A program made the translations under genes and the position numbers. Below are positions 30,920 through 41,062 of a DNA stretch of 64,000 nucleotides, piece by piece. The notes beneath the pieces are model-generated. The model ran no database searches. It had not been told where the DNA came from and saw only the letters and a program-made list of their open reading frames with translations. Source of the DNA: an uncultured Planctomycetales bacterium (GTDB lineage: Bacteria; Omnitrophota; Gorgyraeia; Zapsychrales; Fredricksoniimonadaceae); NCBI GenBank assembly GCA_964520655.1, contig CAZFNI010000005.1:48852-112851 (forward strand), written 5' to 3'. Positions within the stretch are counted from its first letter, which is position 1; each line of letters begins with the position of its first letter.

Positions 30920-33214
30920 ATGATCGATACACAGCAGGACAAAAGATGGCAGATATTCCTACAGGGTTCCGTGCAGGGCGTTGGTTTTCGTCCATTCGTC
31001 TATCGGCTCGCCCTGGATATCGCATTAAGCGGCTTTGTCTGCAATACATCGCATGGTGTGACGATCGAGATTGAAGGAAATGATGACCGTTTGAATACCT
31101 TCATTAAACGTTTACGAACAGAATGCCCTGCGCATGCCGCTGTTAGTGATATGCGCATTGTGCAGATCCCTCTGCAAAAAGATGAGAATTTTGTGATCCG
31201 TGACAGTCGGGTAATGATGCGCCCGGAAGCATTTATACCTCCGGATCTGTGTATTTGTTCAGATTGCCTTAAAGAGATCTTAGATCCCGCTGATCGCCGC
31301 TATAATTATCCCTTTACAAATTGCACCCATTGTGGTCCAAGGTACACGATCATTGAGACTTTGCCTTACGACAGGGATAATACGTCGATGAAAAGATTTA
31401 AGATGTGTTCAAATTGTCAAGATGAATACAATGATCCGCTGAATCGGCGGTTTCACGCTCAGCCTAATGCCTGTCCTCAATGTGGACCGCAGCTGACACT
31501 AGTCGATCCATTGGGTAAGGATATAGCAGCAGGGCAGGAAGCTCTTACGAAAGCCGTTGAGGCCATAAGATCCGGAAGGGTTCTGGCATTGAAAGGTTTG
31601 GGTGGCTTTCAATTGATGGTCAATGCCTGTGATGACAATGCTGTAAAGACCCTGCGGGAACGCAAAGGCCGGGCAGAAAAACCTTTCGCCTTAATGTTCC
31701 CTGATGACGAGATGATTAAAGCGCACTGTCATGCGACAAAGTTTGACCTGCAGGCGCTGCAATCAGCGCAAGCGCCGATCGTGTTGATAGCGAGGAAAAA
31801 AAGTGTGCGCACAATTATTTCAATCGCTCGATCGGTCTCTTTAAGCAGTCCTAGTTATGGCGTCATGCTTCCTTATACGCCACTGCATGTGTTATTAATG
31901 AAGGATTTAGGGGTTCCCGTTGTTGCGACCAGTGCTAATTTATCCGAAGAGCCAATGTCCATTGATAATACAGAAGCATTGCAGAAATTAGGCAAGATCG
32001 CGGATGTTTTTTTGATGCACGATAGACCGATCGTCAGGCCTGTCGATGATTCTGTCGGCATGGTCATCAAAGACCGCTTTTCGGTATTACGAAGAGCCCG
32101 AGGATACGCACCGTTACCGGTCGTTGTTCATGATCATCACAATAACATCCTGGCCCTTGGATCGCAGATGAAAAACACGGTCGCTTTAAAATTGAAGAAC
32201 AAGGTCTATTTAAGCCAGCATATCGGTGATCTGCAATCTGAATCGTCCATGATAAGCTTTCATCAATCCATTGCTAGTTTAAAAGGGCTTTATCCACACG
32301 CAGTTGATTGTGTAGCCGTGGACCAGCACCCTGATTATGCGTCCACGCGTTTCGGCTTGACATGCAAAGAACCGTTGATCACGATCCAGCATCATCACGC
32401 TCATATTGCTGCGTGTATGGCGGAGAATCAGCTCAATAAAGAGGTTATGGGGATCGCCTGGGACGGCACGGGTTACGGAGAGGATCACACCATATGGGGT
32501 GGGGAGATATTATTATCAACCCTAACGGATTTTAAACGCGTGGGGCATCTTCTGCCGTTTCGTTTACCCGGAGGTGAAATGGCCATCCATCACCCAAAAA
32601 GGATCGCCTTAAGTTTATTGTACATGGTATCTGATGGGAACTTAGACATTGTCAAGGACCTGAAACTCGTTCAAGCCTTCACGAGCAATGAATTAATGAA
32701 TATTCAAAAAATGGTCGAAAAAGGTTTTCAATCCCCGATCTGCTCTAGCATGGGGCGACTATTTGACGGGATAAGTGCCTTACTGGGATTTTGTGATCAT
32801 TCCACCTATGAGGGACAGGCAGCCATTGAACTGGAGAATGGCATGAAGGGTTTGACAGATGATAGTTATCGGAAGATCATTCTTGATAATAATATACTGG
32901 ACTGGAGACCAATGTTAAAAGAGATCATCAACGACCTGCGTAAAGGTGTTGATGTTGGATGCATCGCGGATAAATTTCATAATACAATAGTTGAGATGGC
33001 TGTTGGTGTAGCACATAAGATGGGGCACAAACAAGTTGTATTAAGCGGCGGTTGTTTTCAGAATCGATACTTGATCACACGGATGATCGACCGTTTGCGG
33101 CAGGAAGGATTTGATCCTTATTGGCATTCTGTTGTCCCCACCAATGACGGCGGGATAGCTTTAGGACAGGCTGTGATCGCCTCTGCGCGATGCCATGGGG
33201 GGAAAGGTAAATGA
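30920..33214 (+). CDS. hypF: carbamoyltransferase HypF
   Basis: Acylphosphatase domain, two Zn-finger repeats (CSDC...CTHCGPRYT / CSNC...CPQCGP), YrdC and Kae1-like domains. Confidence 0.95.
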   Translation: MIDTQQDKRWQIFLQGSVQGVGFRPFVYRLALDIALSGFVCNTSHGVTIEIEGNDDRLNTFIKRLRTECPAHAAVSDMRIVQIPLQKDENFVIRDSRVMMRPEAFIPPDLCICSDCLKEILDPADRRYNYPFTNCTHCGPRYTIIETLPYDRDNTSMKRFKMCSNCQDEYNDPLNRRFHAQPNACPQCGPQLTLVDPLGKDIAAGQEALTKAVEAIRSGRVLALKGLGGFQLMVNACDDNAVKTLRERKGRAEKPFALMFPDDEMIKAHCHATKFDLQALQSAQAPIVLIARKKSVRTIISIARSVSLSSPSYGVMLPYTPLHVLLMKDLGVPVVATSANLSEEPMSIDNTEALQKLGKIADVFLMHDRPIVRPVDDSVGMVIKDRFSVLRRARGYAPLPVVVHDHHNNILALGSQMKNTVALKLKNKVYLSQHIGDLQSESSMISFHQSIASLKGLYPHAVDCVAVDQHPDYASTRFGLTCKEPLITIQHHHAHIAACMAENQLNKEVMGIAWDGTGYGEDHTIWGGEILLSTLTDFKRVGHLLPFRLPGGEMAIHHPKRIALSLLYMVSDGNLDIVKDLKLVQAFTSNELMNIQKMVEKGFQSPICSSMGRLFDGISALLGFCDHSTYEGQAAIELENGMKGLTDDSYRKIILDNNILDWRPMLKEIINDLRKGVDVGCIADKFHNTIVEMAVGVAHKMGHKQVVLSGGCFQNRYLITRMIDRLRQEGFDPYWHSVVPTNDGGIALGQAVIASARCHGGKGK

Positions 33215-33218
33215 CATG

Positions 33219-33467
33219 TGTTTAGCAATACCTGGAAAGATTGAAAGCATTGTTCATCACGGTTCTGATCCTTTAGGGAATATGGGAAAAGTTAATTTTG
33301 GCGGCATTCATAAAGAAGTTTCTTTAGCCTATGTCCCGCAAGCAAAAGTGGGGGATTATGTTATTGTCCACGTTGGTTTTGCCCTAAGCATTGTTGATCA
33401 AGAGGAAGCCATTAAAGTTTTTGCATATCTGAAGGAAATGGGTGAATTAGATGAAATTCATGGATGA
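33219..33467 (+). CDS. hypC: hydrogenase assembly chaperone HypC
   Basis: Begins MCLAIPGKI (the essential Cys2). The ORF-track start 33195 is upstream of the conserved MC start. Confidence 0.9.
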   Translation, partial: CLAIPGKIESIVHHGSDPLGNMGKVNFGGIHKEVSLAYVPQAKVGDYVIVHVGFALSIVDQEEAIKVFAYLKEMGELDEIHG

Positions 33468-34548
33468 GTACAGGGATCCTAAATTAGCCTTACAGCTTTC
33501 CCGTGAGATCCACCGTATCACCACAAAACCATGGGTCTTAATGGAAGTTTGCGGCGGTCAGACTCATGCGATCGTTAAGTTCGGCATTGATGAATTGCTT
33601 CCTAAAAACATTGAATTGATCCATGGACCAGGATGTCCTGTATGTGTCACTCCGTTAGAGTTGATCGACAGGGCCATTCATTTAGCTAGTCGTCCTGATG
33701 TCATCTTTTGTTCTTTTGGTGATATGCTGCGTGTTCCAGGTTCTAACCGAGATCTATTTTCGGTCAGGGCCCAAGGAGGGGATGTACGTATTGTATACTC
33801 TCCACTCGATGCCCTGATGATCGCCCGTCAAAACCCATCTAAAGAAATCGTATTCTTTGCAGTCGGTTTTGAGACGACCGCACCGGCCAATGCCATGGCT
33901 GTTTATCAGGCTAAACAGGAAGGGATAAAGAACTTTTCTGTTCTCGTATCTCATGTACTTGTGCCTCCTGCTATTTCTGCGGTCATGTCCTCAAAAGTTA
34001 ATCGTGTACAAGCATTTCTTGCTGCGGGTCATGTATGTACGGTTATGGGCTATACGGAATATAAACCGTTGGTGGAAAGATTCAAGGTCCCTATTGTTGT
34101 GACAGGTTTTGAACCATTGGATATATTGCAGGGGGTATTGATGTGTGTTGCTCAGCTGCAAGAGGGACGTTATGCATTAGAAAATCAATATTCCCGCTGG
34201 GTCAAAGAGAACGGCAATGTTCATGCCATCAGTATTGTTGAGCGGGTATTTGACATTGTCCATCGCAAATGGCGGGGCATTGGAGAGATCCCTCAGAGCG
34301 GTCTGGGTTTAAAAAATGAATACAAAGTTTTTGATGCTGAAGAACGTTTTGATCTTAAAGGGATCATTACTTCAGAAAGCCCGGATTGCATCAGCGGTTT
34401 AATATTGCAAGGCGTAAAAAAACCATATGAATGCCCCGCCTATGGGAAGAAATGCACCCCAGACCATCCTTTAGGAGCCACCATGGTCTCATCCGAAGGG
34501 GCCTGTGCCGCGTATTACCGTTATCGGAAAGTGAGTGCAGGTGTTTAA
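33451..34548 (+). CDS. hypD: hydrogenase maturation factor HypD
   Basis: [19 protein letters not shown] and C-terminal [10 protein letters not shown] motifs. Confidence 0.95.
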   Translation: MKFMDEYRDPKLALQLSREIHRITTKPWVLMEVCGGQTHAIVKFGIDELLPKNIELIHGPGCPVCVTPLELIDRAIHLASRPDVIFCSFGDMLRVPGSNRDLFSVRAQGGDVRIVYSPLDALMIARQNPSKEIVFFAVGFETTAPANAMAVYQAKQEGIKNFSVLVSHVLVPPAISAVMSSKVNRVQAFLAAGHVCTVMGYTEYKPLVERFKVPIVVTGFEPLDILQGVLMCVAQLQEGRYALENQYSRWVKENGNVHAISIVERVFDIVHRKWRGIGEIPQSGLGLKNEYKVFDAEERFDLKGIITSESPDCISGLILQGVKKPYECPAYGKKCTPDHPLGATMVSSEGACAAYYRYRKVSAGV

Positions 34549-35603
34549 TGGACCAAAATAAAGAGATCATGCTCAGTTGTCCGTTCCCTATTTCTGATTA
34601 TCCATATGTCCTGTTGGCACACGGTGGCGGCGGTCGATTCATGCATCAGCTGATCGAGAAAATGTTCTTGGCATCCTTTGAGAATCCTATTTTGATGCAG
34701 CGCCATGATGCGGCAGTCCTGGATGGCTTACAGGGAAAGATGGCCTTTACAACAGATTCATATGTGATAAGCCCTTTATTCTTTCCAGGAGGTAATATCG
34801 GTACTTTAGCGATTAATGGAACCGTCAACGACCTGGCGATGGCCGGTGCGCGTCCTTTATATTTAAGCTGCGGTTTTATCCTGGAAGAAGGGCTGCTGAT
34901 GGAGGACTTGTGGAAGGTGATCAATGCCATGCGTGTTGCCGCAAAAGAAGCTGGGGTGCAGATCGTGACGGGTGACACCAAGGTGGTGGGTAAGGGCAAA
35001 GCAGATGGGATTTTTATCAATACAGCGGGCATAGGGGTCATCGAACATAAACTGAACATTAATCCTGTATCAGTGAAAGAAGGGGATGCGATCATCGTTA
35101 ATGGCGACCTGGGTGATCATGGAATGGCGATCATGGCCAGCCGAGAGAATTTGTCGTTTGAAACAACCCTTCAAAGCGATACTGCTCCTTTGGCGGGGAT
35201 GGTCTTAGATTTGATCCGTCAACAGATCGATGTGCATTGTTTACGGGATCTGACCCGTGGCGGCCTTGCCAGCACCTTAAATGAGATCGCAAGCCTGTCT
35301 CACAAGAAACTTTTGATCAAGGAAGCAGCTATTCCAGTCAAAGAAGAGGTTGCGTCAGCTTGTGAACTGCTTGGATTTGACCCTTTATATGTGGCCAATG
35401 AGGGGCGTTTAGCGGTATTTGTGCCAGCCAATCAGGCGGAAAAGACGGTTTCGATCATGCGCGATCACCCTCAAGGTCAGGGCGCATGTATTATAGGCCA
35501 CGTAGAGAAATCAGAGTCGCCGCGCGTTGTTTTACACTGCAAAATTGGCACCCAGCGTGTCGTGGACATGATCTCAGGAGAACAGCTGCCCCGTATTTGT
35601 TAA
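34548..35603 (+). CDS. hypE: hydrogenase maturation factor HypE
   Basis: AIR-synthase-like fold. C-terminal ...PRIC. Starts at [13 protein letters not shown] (TAATG overlap with hypD). The ORF-track start 34431 lies inside hypD. Confidence 0.9.
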   Translation: MDQNKEIMLSCPFPISDYPYVLLAHGGGGRFMHQLIEKMFLASFENPILMQRHDAAVLDGLQGKMAFTTDSYVISPLFFPGGNIGTLAINGTVNDLAMAGARPLYLSCGFILEEGLLMEDLWKVINAMRVAAKEAGVQIVTGDTKVVGKGKADGIFINTAGIGVIEHKLNINPVSVKEGDAIIVNGDLGDHGMAIMASRENLSFETTLQSDTAPLAGMVLDLIRQQIDVHCLRDLTRGGLASTLNEIASLSHKKLLIKEAAIPVKEEVASACELLGFDPLYVANEGRLAVFVPANQAEKTVSIMRDHPQGQGACIIGHVEKSESPRVVLHCKIGTQRVVDMISGEQLPRIC

Positions 35604-35626
35604 GCTCAAACTAAAGAAATAATATT

Positions 35627-35655
35627 TTGACTTGGGTTTATTAAGGTAGTAAGAT
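35627..35655 (+). promoter_or_regulatory. candidate sigma70 promoter for nifJ (TTGACT-N17-TAAGAT)
   Basis: -35 TTGACT at 35627-35632, 17-nt spacer, -10 TAAGAT at 35650-35655, about 35 nt upstream of the nifJ ATG. RBS AGGGAG. Confidence 0.4.
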
Positions 35656-35690
35656 TTTAAATTCATAGAAATTTATACATAGGGAGCAAT

Positions 35691-38600
35691 ATGAAAACAC
35701 GTAAACAGGTCACGATTGATGGAAATGAAGCAGCCTCTTATATAGCATTTGCCTTAAGCGAAGTGGTGGCGATCTACCCGATCACGCCATCTTCCTCAAT
35801 GGGGGAATGGACCGATGAATGGGCCTCCATGGGAAAAAAGAACATCTGGGACACAGTGCCCTTAGTCCAGGAAATGCAAAGTGAAGCCGGAGCTGTGGGG
35901 GCTGTCCATGGGGCGATTCAAACCGGAGCTTTGACCACAACGTTTACCAGCTCCCAGGGGTTATTACTGATGTTACCGAACATGTACAAGATCGCGGGGG
36001 AGTTATCCTCAACGGTCTTTCATGTGGCCGCACGCTCCATCGCGACCCAGGGTTTATCCATTTTTGGCGACCATCAGGACGTAATGTCTGCCCGTATGAC
36101 CGGTTTTGCCATGTTATGCTCCTGTTCTGTTCAAGAGGCCATGGATTTTGCCTTGATCGCGCATGCCGCGACCTTAGAATCCCGCATCCCGTTCATCCAT
36201 TTCTTTGACGGTTTCCGTACTTCCCATGAGATCGCGAAGATCGAACAGTTGACCTATGATGATATCCGCAGCATGATCGATGAAAATCTGGTGTTGGAAC
36301 ACCGTAATCGCCGTTTAACCCCGGATAATCCTGTCATTCGCGGCACGGCCCAAAATCCTGATGTGTATTTCCAGTCCCGCGAGACGGTTAATCCGTTCTA
36401 TAACGCTTGTCCTGGTATTGTTCAGAAAACAATGGATAAATTCGCTGCGCTTACTGGCCGCCAGTACAAATTATATGAATATTATGGCCACCCTCAAGCT
36501 GAACGCGTGATCGTGCTCATGGGTTCAAGCGCGGAAACGTGCCAGGATACGGTTGACCGTTTAAATGAAACCAACCAAAAGGTCGGTTTCATCAAGGTGC
36601 GTCTTTACAGGCCTTTTGATGTGGACGGCATCATCAATGTATTACCGAAGACAGTTAAAACAGTGTGCGTACTTGACCGCACCAAGGAACCTGGCAGCGC
36701 CGGCGATCCTTTATATCTGGATGTGGTCAATGCCTTGGTAGAATCCAATGCGGCAGGTAAGTTCCCATCGATCCCGCGCATTATCGGCGGGCGTTACGGT
36801 CTATCCTCCAAGGAATTCACCCCGGCAATGATCAAAGGCGTTTACGATGAAATGGCCAAATCAAAACCGAAAAATCATTTCACGGTCGGCATCAATGATG
36901 ACCTTTCCCATACCAGCATTGAATATGATGAGAATTTCATCATTGAGAACGAAGGTGGGGTTCGCGCGATCTTTTATGGACTGGGCGCCGATGGTACGGT
37001 CAGCGCGAATAAGAACTCGATCAAGATCATTGGCGAACATACCTCGATGTACGCTCAAGGGTATTTCGTCTATGACTCCAAGAAATCCGGTTCCGTCACT
37101 GTTTCACATTTACGCTTCGGTCCCAAACCCATCCATTCCACATTTTTAGTCAGCAAAGCCAGCTTCGTTGGCTGCCATCAATTCCAATTCCTGGAAAGCT
37201 ATGATGTTTTAGAGAAGATCGATGAAGGCGGAGTTTTCCTATTAAATACGATCTACGGGGTTGATGACATTTGGGCTCACATCCCTCGTAAAGTCGCTCA
37301 AACGATCAAAGATAAGAAACTAAAATTCTATATCATTGATGCCTATGAAGTCTCCAAGGCAGTCGGTCTTGGCATGCGCATCAACAGCATCATGCAGACC
37401 TGTTTCTTTGCCATTTCCGGCATTTTGCCTCAGCAGGAAGCTATTGAGGCCATCAAGGAACACATTAAGAAGAGTTACAGCAAGAAGGGTGAAGATGTCC
37501 TGCGCATGAATTACGAAGCTGTCGACCATACCCTGGTGCACCTCAAAGAAGTCAAGGTGCCGGCAGTAATTTCAAGTACTTTGGAACTGGCTGCAGCAGT
37601 GTCCGGCAAAGCACCGGCATTTGTCCAGAATGTGACGGCTAAAATGATCGCAGGCAGAGGTGATCAGATCTCGGTCAAAGCGCTGCCTTGCGATGGGACA
37701 TACCCGGTCGGGACAACCCAATGGGAAAAGCGCAATATCGCGCAGGATATCCCTGTCTGGGATGCCGATATTTGTATTCAGTGCGGCAAATGCGCCATGG
37801 TCTGTCCGCACTCGGTCATTCGTATCAAGGCCTATGATCCCAAGCATTTATCCAATGCCCCAGCGACATTCAAGGCTGTTGAGGCTAAGGATAAAGAATG
37901 GGCAGGATTAAAATACACCATTCAAGTAGCCCCTGAAGACTGTACAGGCTGCGCGATCTGCGTGGATATTTGTCCTGTTAAGAATAAGACAGAAACTAAA
38001 CTGAAAGCATTGAACATGAAAGCTCAACCGCCGCTGCGCGAGAGCGAGAAAAAGAACTGGGAACATTTCCTGGAGATCCCAGAGTTGGATCGGAACTTAG
38101 TCAAGATGAATTCCATCCGCTCGTCACAGGCTCTTCAGCCCTTGTTCGAGTTCTCCGGAGCTTGTGCAGGCTGCGGTGAAACACCCTATATCAAACTGGC
38201 GACGCAATTATTCGGCGACCGCATGGTGATCGCCAATGCCACCGGCTGTTCATCCATCTATGGCGGCAATTTACCGACAACACCCTATACCAAGAATAAG
38301 GATAACCGCGGGCCGGCCTGGAGTAATTCATTGTTTGAAGACAATGCGGAATTTGGTTTAGGTTTCCGCTTATCGATCGACAAGCAAAAGGAATACGCCC
38401 AGGAATTGACCAAAAAATTGGAATCGACGATCGGCACAGCCCTTGTTGAATCCATCATCAATGCGCCGCAGAAAGATGAAGCGGATATCTTTACCCAACG
38501 CGAGCGCATCGCTGAATTGAAGAAAAAACTGCAAGGCCAAACATCCATTGAAGCCAAACAATTGCTCAATTTAGCCGATATGATGGTCAAGAAGAGTGTC

Positions 38601-39254
38601 TGGATCTTCGGCGGTGACGGCTGGGCCTATGATATCGGGTTTGGCGGATTAGATCATGTGATCTCTTCTGGACGCAATGTGAATATCCTTGTTCTGGACA
38701 CAGAAGTTTATTCCAATACTGGCGGCCAGATGTCCAAATCAACACCGCGGTCGGCTGTTGCCAAATTTGCGGCTGGCGGGAAAAGCACCGCGAAAAAAGA
38801 TCTAGCCCGCATCGCCATGACCTACGGCCATGTGTATGTGGCCTCTGTCGCCATGGGTGCCAAGGATGAACATACCTTAAGGACTTTCCTGGAAGCGGAA
38901 GCTTACGAAGGGCCGTCATTGATCATCGCCTACAGCCACTGCATTGCCCACGGGATCAACATGACCACAGGTATGCAGAACCAGAAATCTGCTGTCCTTT
39001 CTGGATACTGGCCGTTATTCCGCTTTAATCCGATGCTGGCCATGGAAGGAAAGAATCCATTGCAGTTGGATTCAGCTGATCCTAAATTAATGTTAAAAGA
39101 ATTCATGGGATTAGAGAACAGGTTCAAGATGCTTAACAAAACAAAACCGGAAGCAGCCGCGGAATTAGCGAAATATGCTCAGCAAGACGTTAATGATCGC
39201 TGGCAAATCCTTAAAACAATGGCCGCAACACCTGAACAGGCCAAGGGGGTATAG
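35691..39254 (+). CDS. nifJ: pyruvate:ferredoxin (flavodoxin) oxidoreductase, single-chain NifJ type
   Basis: 1187 aa. Fused POR domains. Ferredoxin domain CIQCGKCAMVCP / CTGCAICVDICP. TPP-binding GDGW motif. Confidence 0.95.
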   Translation: MKTRKQVTIDGNEAASYIAFALSEVVAIYPITPSSSMGEWTDEWASMGKKNIWDTVPLVQEMQSEAGAVGAVHGAIQTGALTTTFTSSQGLLLMLPNMYKIAGELSSTVFHVAARSIATQGLSIFGDHQDVMSARMTGFAMLCSCSVQEAMDFALIAHAATLESRIPFIHFFDGFRTSHEIAKIEQLTYDDIRSMIDENLVLEHRNRRLTPDNPVIRGTAQNPDVYFQSRETVNPFYNACPGIVQKTMDKFAALTGRQYKLYEYYGHPQAERVIVLMGSSAETCQDTVDRLNETNQKVGFIKVRLYRPFDVDGIINVLPKTVKTVCVLDRTKEPGSAGDPLYLDVVNALVESNAAGKFPSIPRIIGGRYGLSSKEFTPAMIKGVYDEMAKSKPKNHFTVGINDDLSHTSIEYDENFIIENEGGVRAIFYGLGADGTVSANKNSIKIIGEHTSMYAQGYFVYDSKKSGSVTVSHLRFGPKPIHSTFLVSKASFVGCHQFQFLESYDVLEKIDEGGVFLLNTIYGVDDIWAHIPRKVAQTIKDKKLKFYIIDAYEVSKAVGLGMRINSIMQTCFFAISGILPQQEAIEAIKEHIKKSYSKKGEDVLRMNYEAVDHTLVHLKEVKVPAVISSTLELAAAVSGKAPAFVQNVTAKMIAGRGDQISVKALPCDGTYPVGTTQWEKRNIAQDIPVWDADICIQCGKCAMVCPHSVIRIKAYDPKHLSNAPATFKAVEAKDKEWAGLKYTIQVAPEDCTGCAICVDICPVKNKTETKLKALNMKAQPPLRESEKKNWEHFLEIPELDRNLVKMNSIRSSQALQPLFEFSGACAGCGETPYIKLATQLFGDRMVIANATGCSSIYGGNLPTTPYTKNKDNRGPAWSNSLFEDNAEFGLGFRLSIDKQKEYAQELTKKLESTIGTALVESIINAPQKDEADIFTQRERIAELKKKLQGQTSIEAKQLLNLADMMVKKSVWIFGGDGWAYDIGFGGLDHVISSGRNVNILVLDTEVYSNTGGQMSKSTPRSAVAKFAAGGKSTAKKDLARIAMTYGHVYVASVAMGAKDEHTLRTFLEAEAYEGPSLIIAYSHCIAHGINMTTGMQNQKSAVLSGYWPLFRFNPMLAMEGKNPLQLDSADPKLMLKEFMGLENRFKMLNKTKPEAAAELAKYAQQDVNDRWQILKTMAATPEQAKGV

Positions 39255-39256
39255 AC

Positions 39257-40246
39257 ATGGATCTATCAACATCATACTTAGGAATGACATTAAAAAATCC
39301 CCTGGTGGCTTCGGCATCCCCGTTGACCTGGGAGCTGGATAATTACAAACGCTTGGAAGATGCCGGCGTTGCTGCGATCGTTACGCATTCCATTTTTGAA
39401 GAGCAGATAACGCATGAAGTGGGGGAATTACAGCATTATTTAAAACAGGGATCGGAGAGCTACGCGGAATCGTTGTCTTATTTTCCTCAACCTTCTGAAT
39501 TCCCATTGGGCCCTGAGGAATATCTGGATCATATTTACAAAGCTAAGAAATCCGTCAAGATACCTGTGATCGCCAGTCTCAATGCGCACACAGAAGGCGG
39601 ATGGCTTACGTTTGCCAAACAATTAAAAAGCGCTGGGGCGGATGCGTTAGAGTTAAATGTTTATTTTATGGCCACAGACGTTAATGTTGACGGCAGGGCT
39701 GTTGAAGAAACATACTTGGATATCCTCAAAGGGATCAAAACCGTCGTCAATATCCCAGTTGCAGTTAAGATCGGACCATATTTCAGTGCGTTGGCCAATA
39801 TGGCACAGCGTTTGGATCAAGCAGGTGCAAATGGTTTAGTCTTGTTTAATCGTTTTTACCAGCCGGACATTGATCTAGATGAATTGGCTGTTTCTCCCAA
39901 CGTTGTGTTAAGCAATTCCTATGACCTTCGCCTTCCGATGCGCTGGATAGGGGTCCTTTATGGACGCATTAAGGCCAATCTTGCCGCTTCAGGAGGTATT
40001 CATTCGGAAGAGGATGCGATCAAAATGATCATGTCCGGCGCGGATGTGACCATGATGTGTTCTGTCCTGTTACGTCATGGGCCAGCTCATGTGAAAAAAG
40101 TATTAGCGGGGATGGAAAAATGGATGAATGAACATGAGTATAGTTCTGTCTCACAGATGAAGGGCAGTATGAGTCAGAGATCATGTGCTAATCCAGAAGC
40201 GTTTGAACGCGCTAATTATATGAAAACACTTCAAAGTTATAAGTAA
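39257..40246 (+). CDS. dihydroorotate dehydrogenase-like FMN-binding TIM-barrel protein (PFOR-associated)
   Basis: DHOD family N-terminus (LKNPLVASASPLT) and lysine/asparagine barrel motifs. No obvious pyrD-type catalytic Cys/Ser context was verified. 2 nt after the nifJ stop. Confidence 0.65.
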   Translation: MDLSTSYLGMTLKNPLVASASPLTWELDNYKRLEDAGVAAIVTHSIFEEQITHEVGELQHYLKQGSESYAESLSYFPQPSEFPLGPEEYLDHIYKAKKSVKIPVIASLNAHTEGGWLTFAKQLKSAGADALELNVYFMATDVNVDGRAVEETYLDILKGIKTVVNIPVAVKIGPYFSALANMAQRLDQAGANGLVLFNRFYQPDIDLDELAVSPNVVLSNSYDLRLPMRWIGVLYGRIKANLAASGGIHSEEDAIKMIMSGADVTMMCSVLLRHGPAHVKKVLAGMEKWMNEHEYSSVSQMKGSMSQRSCANPEAFERANYMKTLQSYK

Positions 40247-40261
40247 TAATACTTACAAAGC

Positions 40262-40286
40262 GGCTTGACAGTTCAAGCCTTGTTCC
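40262..40286 (+). terminator. weak hairpin (7-bp stem, 4-nt loop) followed by TTGTTCC
   Basis: GGCTTGA-CAGT-TCAAGCC at 40262-40279 followed by a T-rich tract. Overlaps the predicted -35 of the downstream promoter. Confidence 0.3.
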
Positions 40287-40294
40287 ATTAAGAT
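40265..40294 (+). promoter_or_regulatory. candidate sigma70 promoter for the cupredoxin-cox operon (TTGACA-N18-TAAGAT)
   Basis: Consensus -35 TTGACA at 40265-40270. -10-like TAAGAT at 40289-40294, the same -10 hexamer as the nifJ candidate. Confidence 0.35.
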
Positions 40295-40334
40295 ACAGTA
40301 ATAATTTTAAGATCATCAAACAAAAGGGGTTCGC

Positions 40335-41045
40335 ATGAAAAGCTCATTTCTAAAAATCTTTATGGGGATCATGATTGCAACTGCTAGCGCCGCAACAGCC
40401 ATGGCAGGTTCCGTCTCTGGTACGATCAAATTTGAAGGTAATGCCCCCAATTTCAAAGCGGTCAATATGGATGCGGATCCGATCTGTGCTGCTCAGCATA
40501 AAGATGCCGTCATGCCTCAAACCCTGGTTTTAGGCGAAGGCAATACAATGGGTAATGTGTTCGTGTACATCAAGAACGCCCCGGCCGGTGATTATAAAGC
40601 TCCGGCAGATCCTGTTGTCGTGGATCAAAAAGGATGTAACTATAGCCCTCATGTGTTAGGGGTCATGGTTGGTCAACCCGTTAAGATCTTAAATCCTGAC
40701 GGGACTTTACATAATATCCACGCGATCAGCAAAATTAATCCTGAATTCAATATGGCCATGCCAAAATTCCGTACGGAATTGACAAAGACATTTGATAAAG
40801 CGGAATTCATGTTCGCCATGAAGTGCGATGTTCATCCCTGGATGGGAGCTTGGATATCTGTCATGCCCAATCCATTTTTTGCCGTGACGGGTACAGATGG
40901 TAAATTCGAGATCAAGAATCTTCCTGATGGCACATATACCATTGAAGCCTGGCATGAAAAATTAGGGACAAGATCCGCCAGTGTCACTGTTTCAGGCGGA
41001 ACTGCGACTGCTGATTTTTCATTTGCTGTTCCAACGAAAAGTTAG
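40335..41045 (+). CDS. secreted cupredoxin (blue-copper, amicyanin/pseudoazurin-like) domain protein
   Basis: Signal peptide MKSSFLKIFMGIMIATASAATAMA. Type-1 Cu ligand pattern GQPVKILNPDGTLHNIHA (His) ... CDVHPWM (Cys-x2-His-x2-Met). Confidence 0.6.
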   Translation: MKSSFLKIFMGIMIATASAATAMAGSVSGTIKFEGNAPNFKAVNMDADPICAAQHKDAVMPQTLVLGEGNTMGNVFVYIKNAPAGDYKAPADPVVVDQKGCNYSPHVLGVMVGQPVKILNPDGTLHNIHAISKINPEFNMAMPKFRTELTKTFDKAEFMFAMKCDVHPWMGAWISVMPNPFFAVTGTDGKFEIKNLPDGTYTIEAWHEKLGTRSASVTVSGGTATADFSFAVPTKS

Positions 41046-41062
41046 TCTAACTTAAGGAACTT

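Noticed and set aside
40335-41045. Interpretation of the secreted protein as a carboxypeptidase-regulatory / transthyretin-like domain protein only
   Set aside because: The C-terminal TDGKFEIKNLPDGTYTIEA segment does resemble that fold, but the central His...Cys-x2-His-x2-Met pattern and surrounding beta-strand motifs fit a type-1 copper site better. It is kept as a cupredoxin call with moderate confidence.
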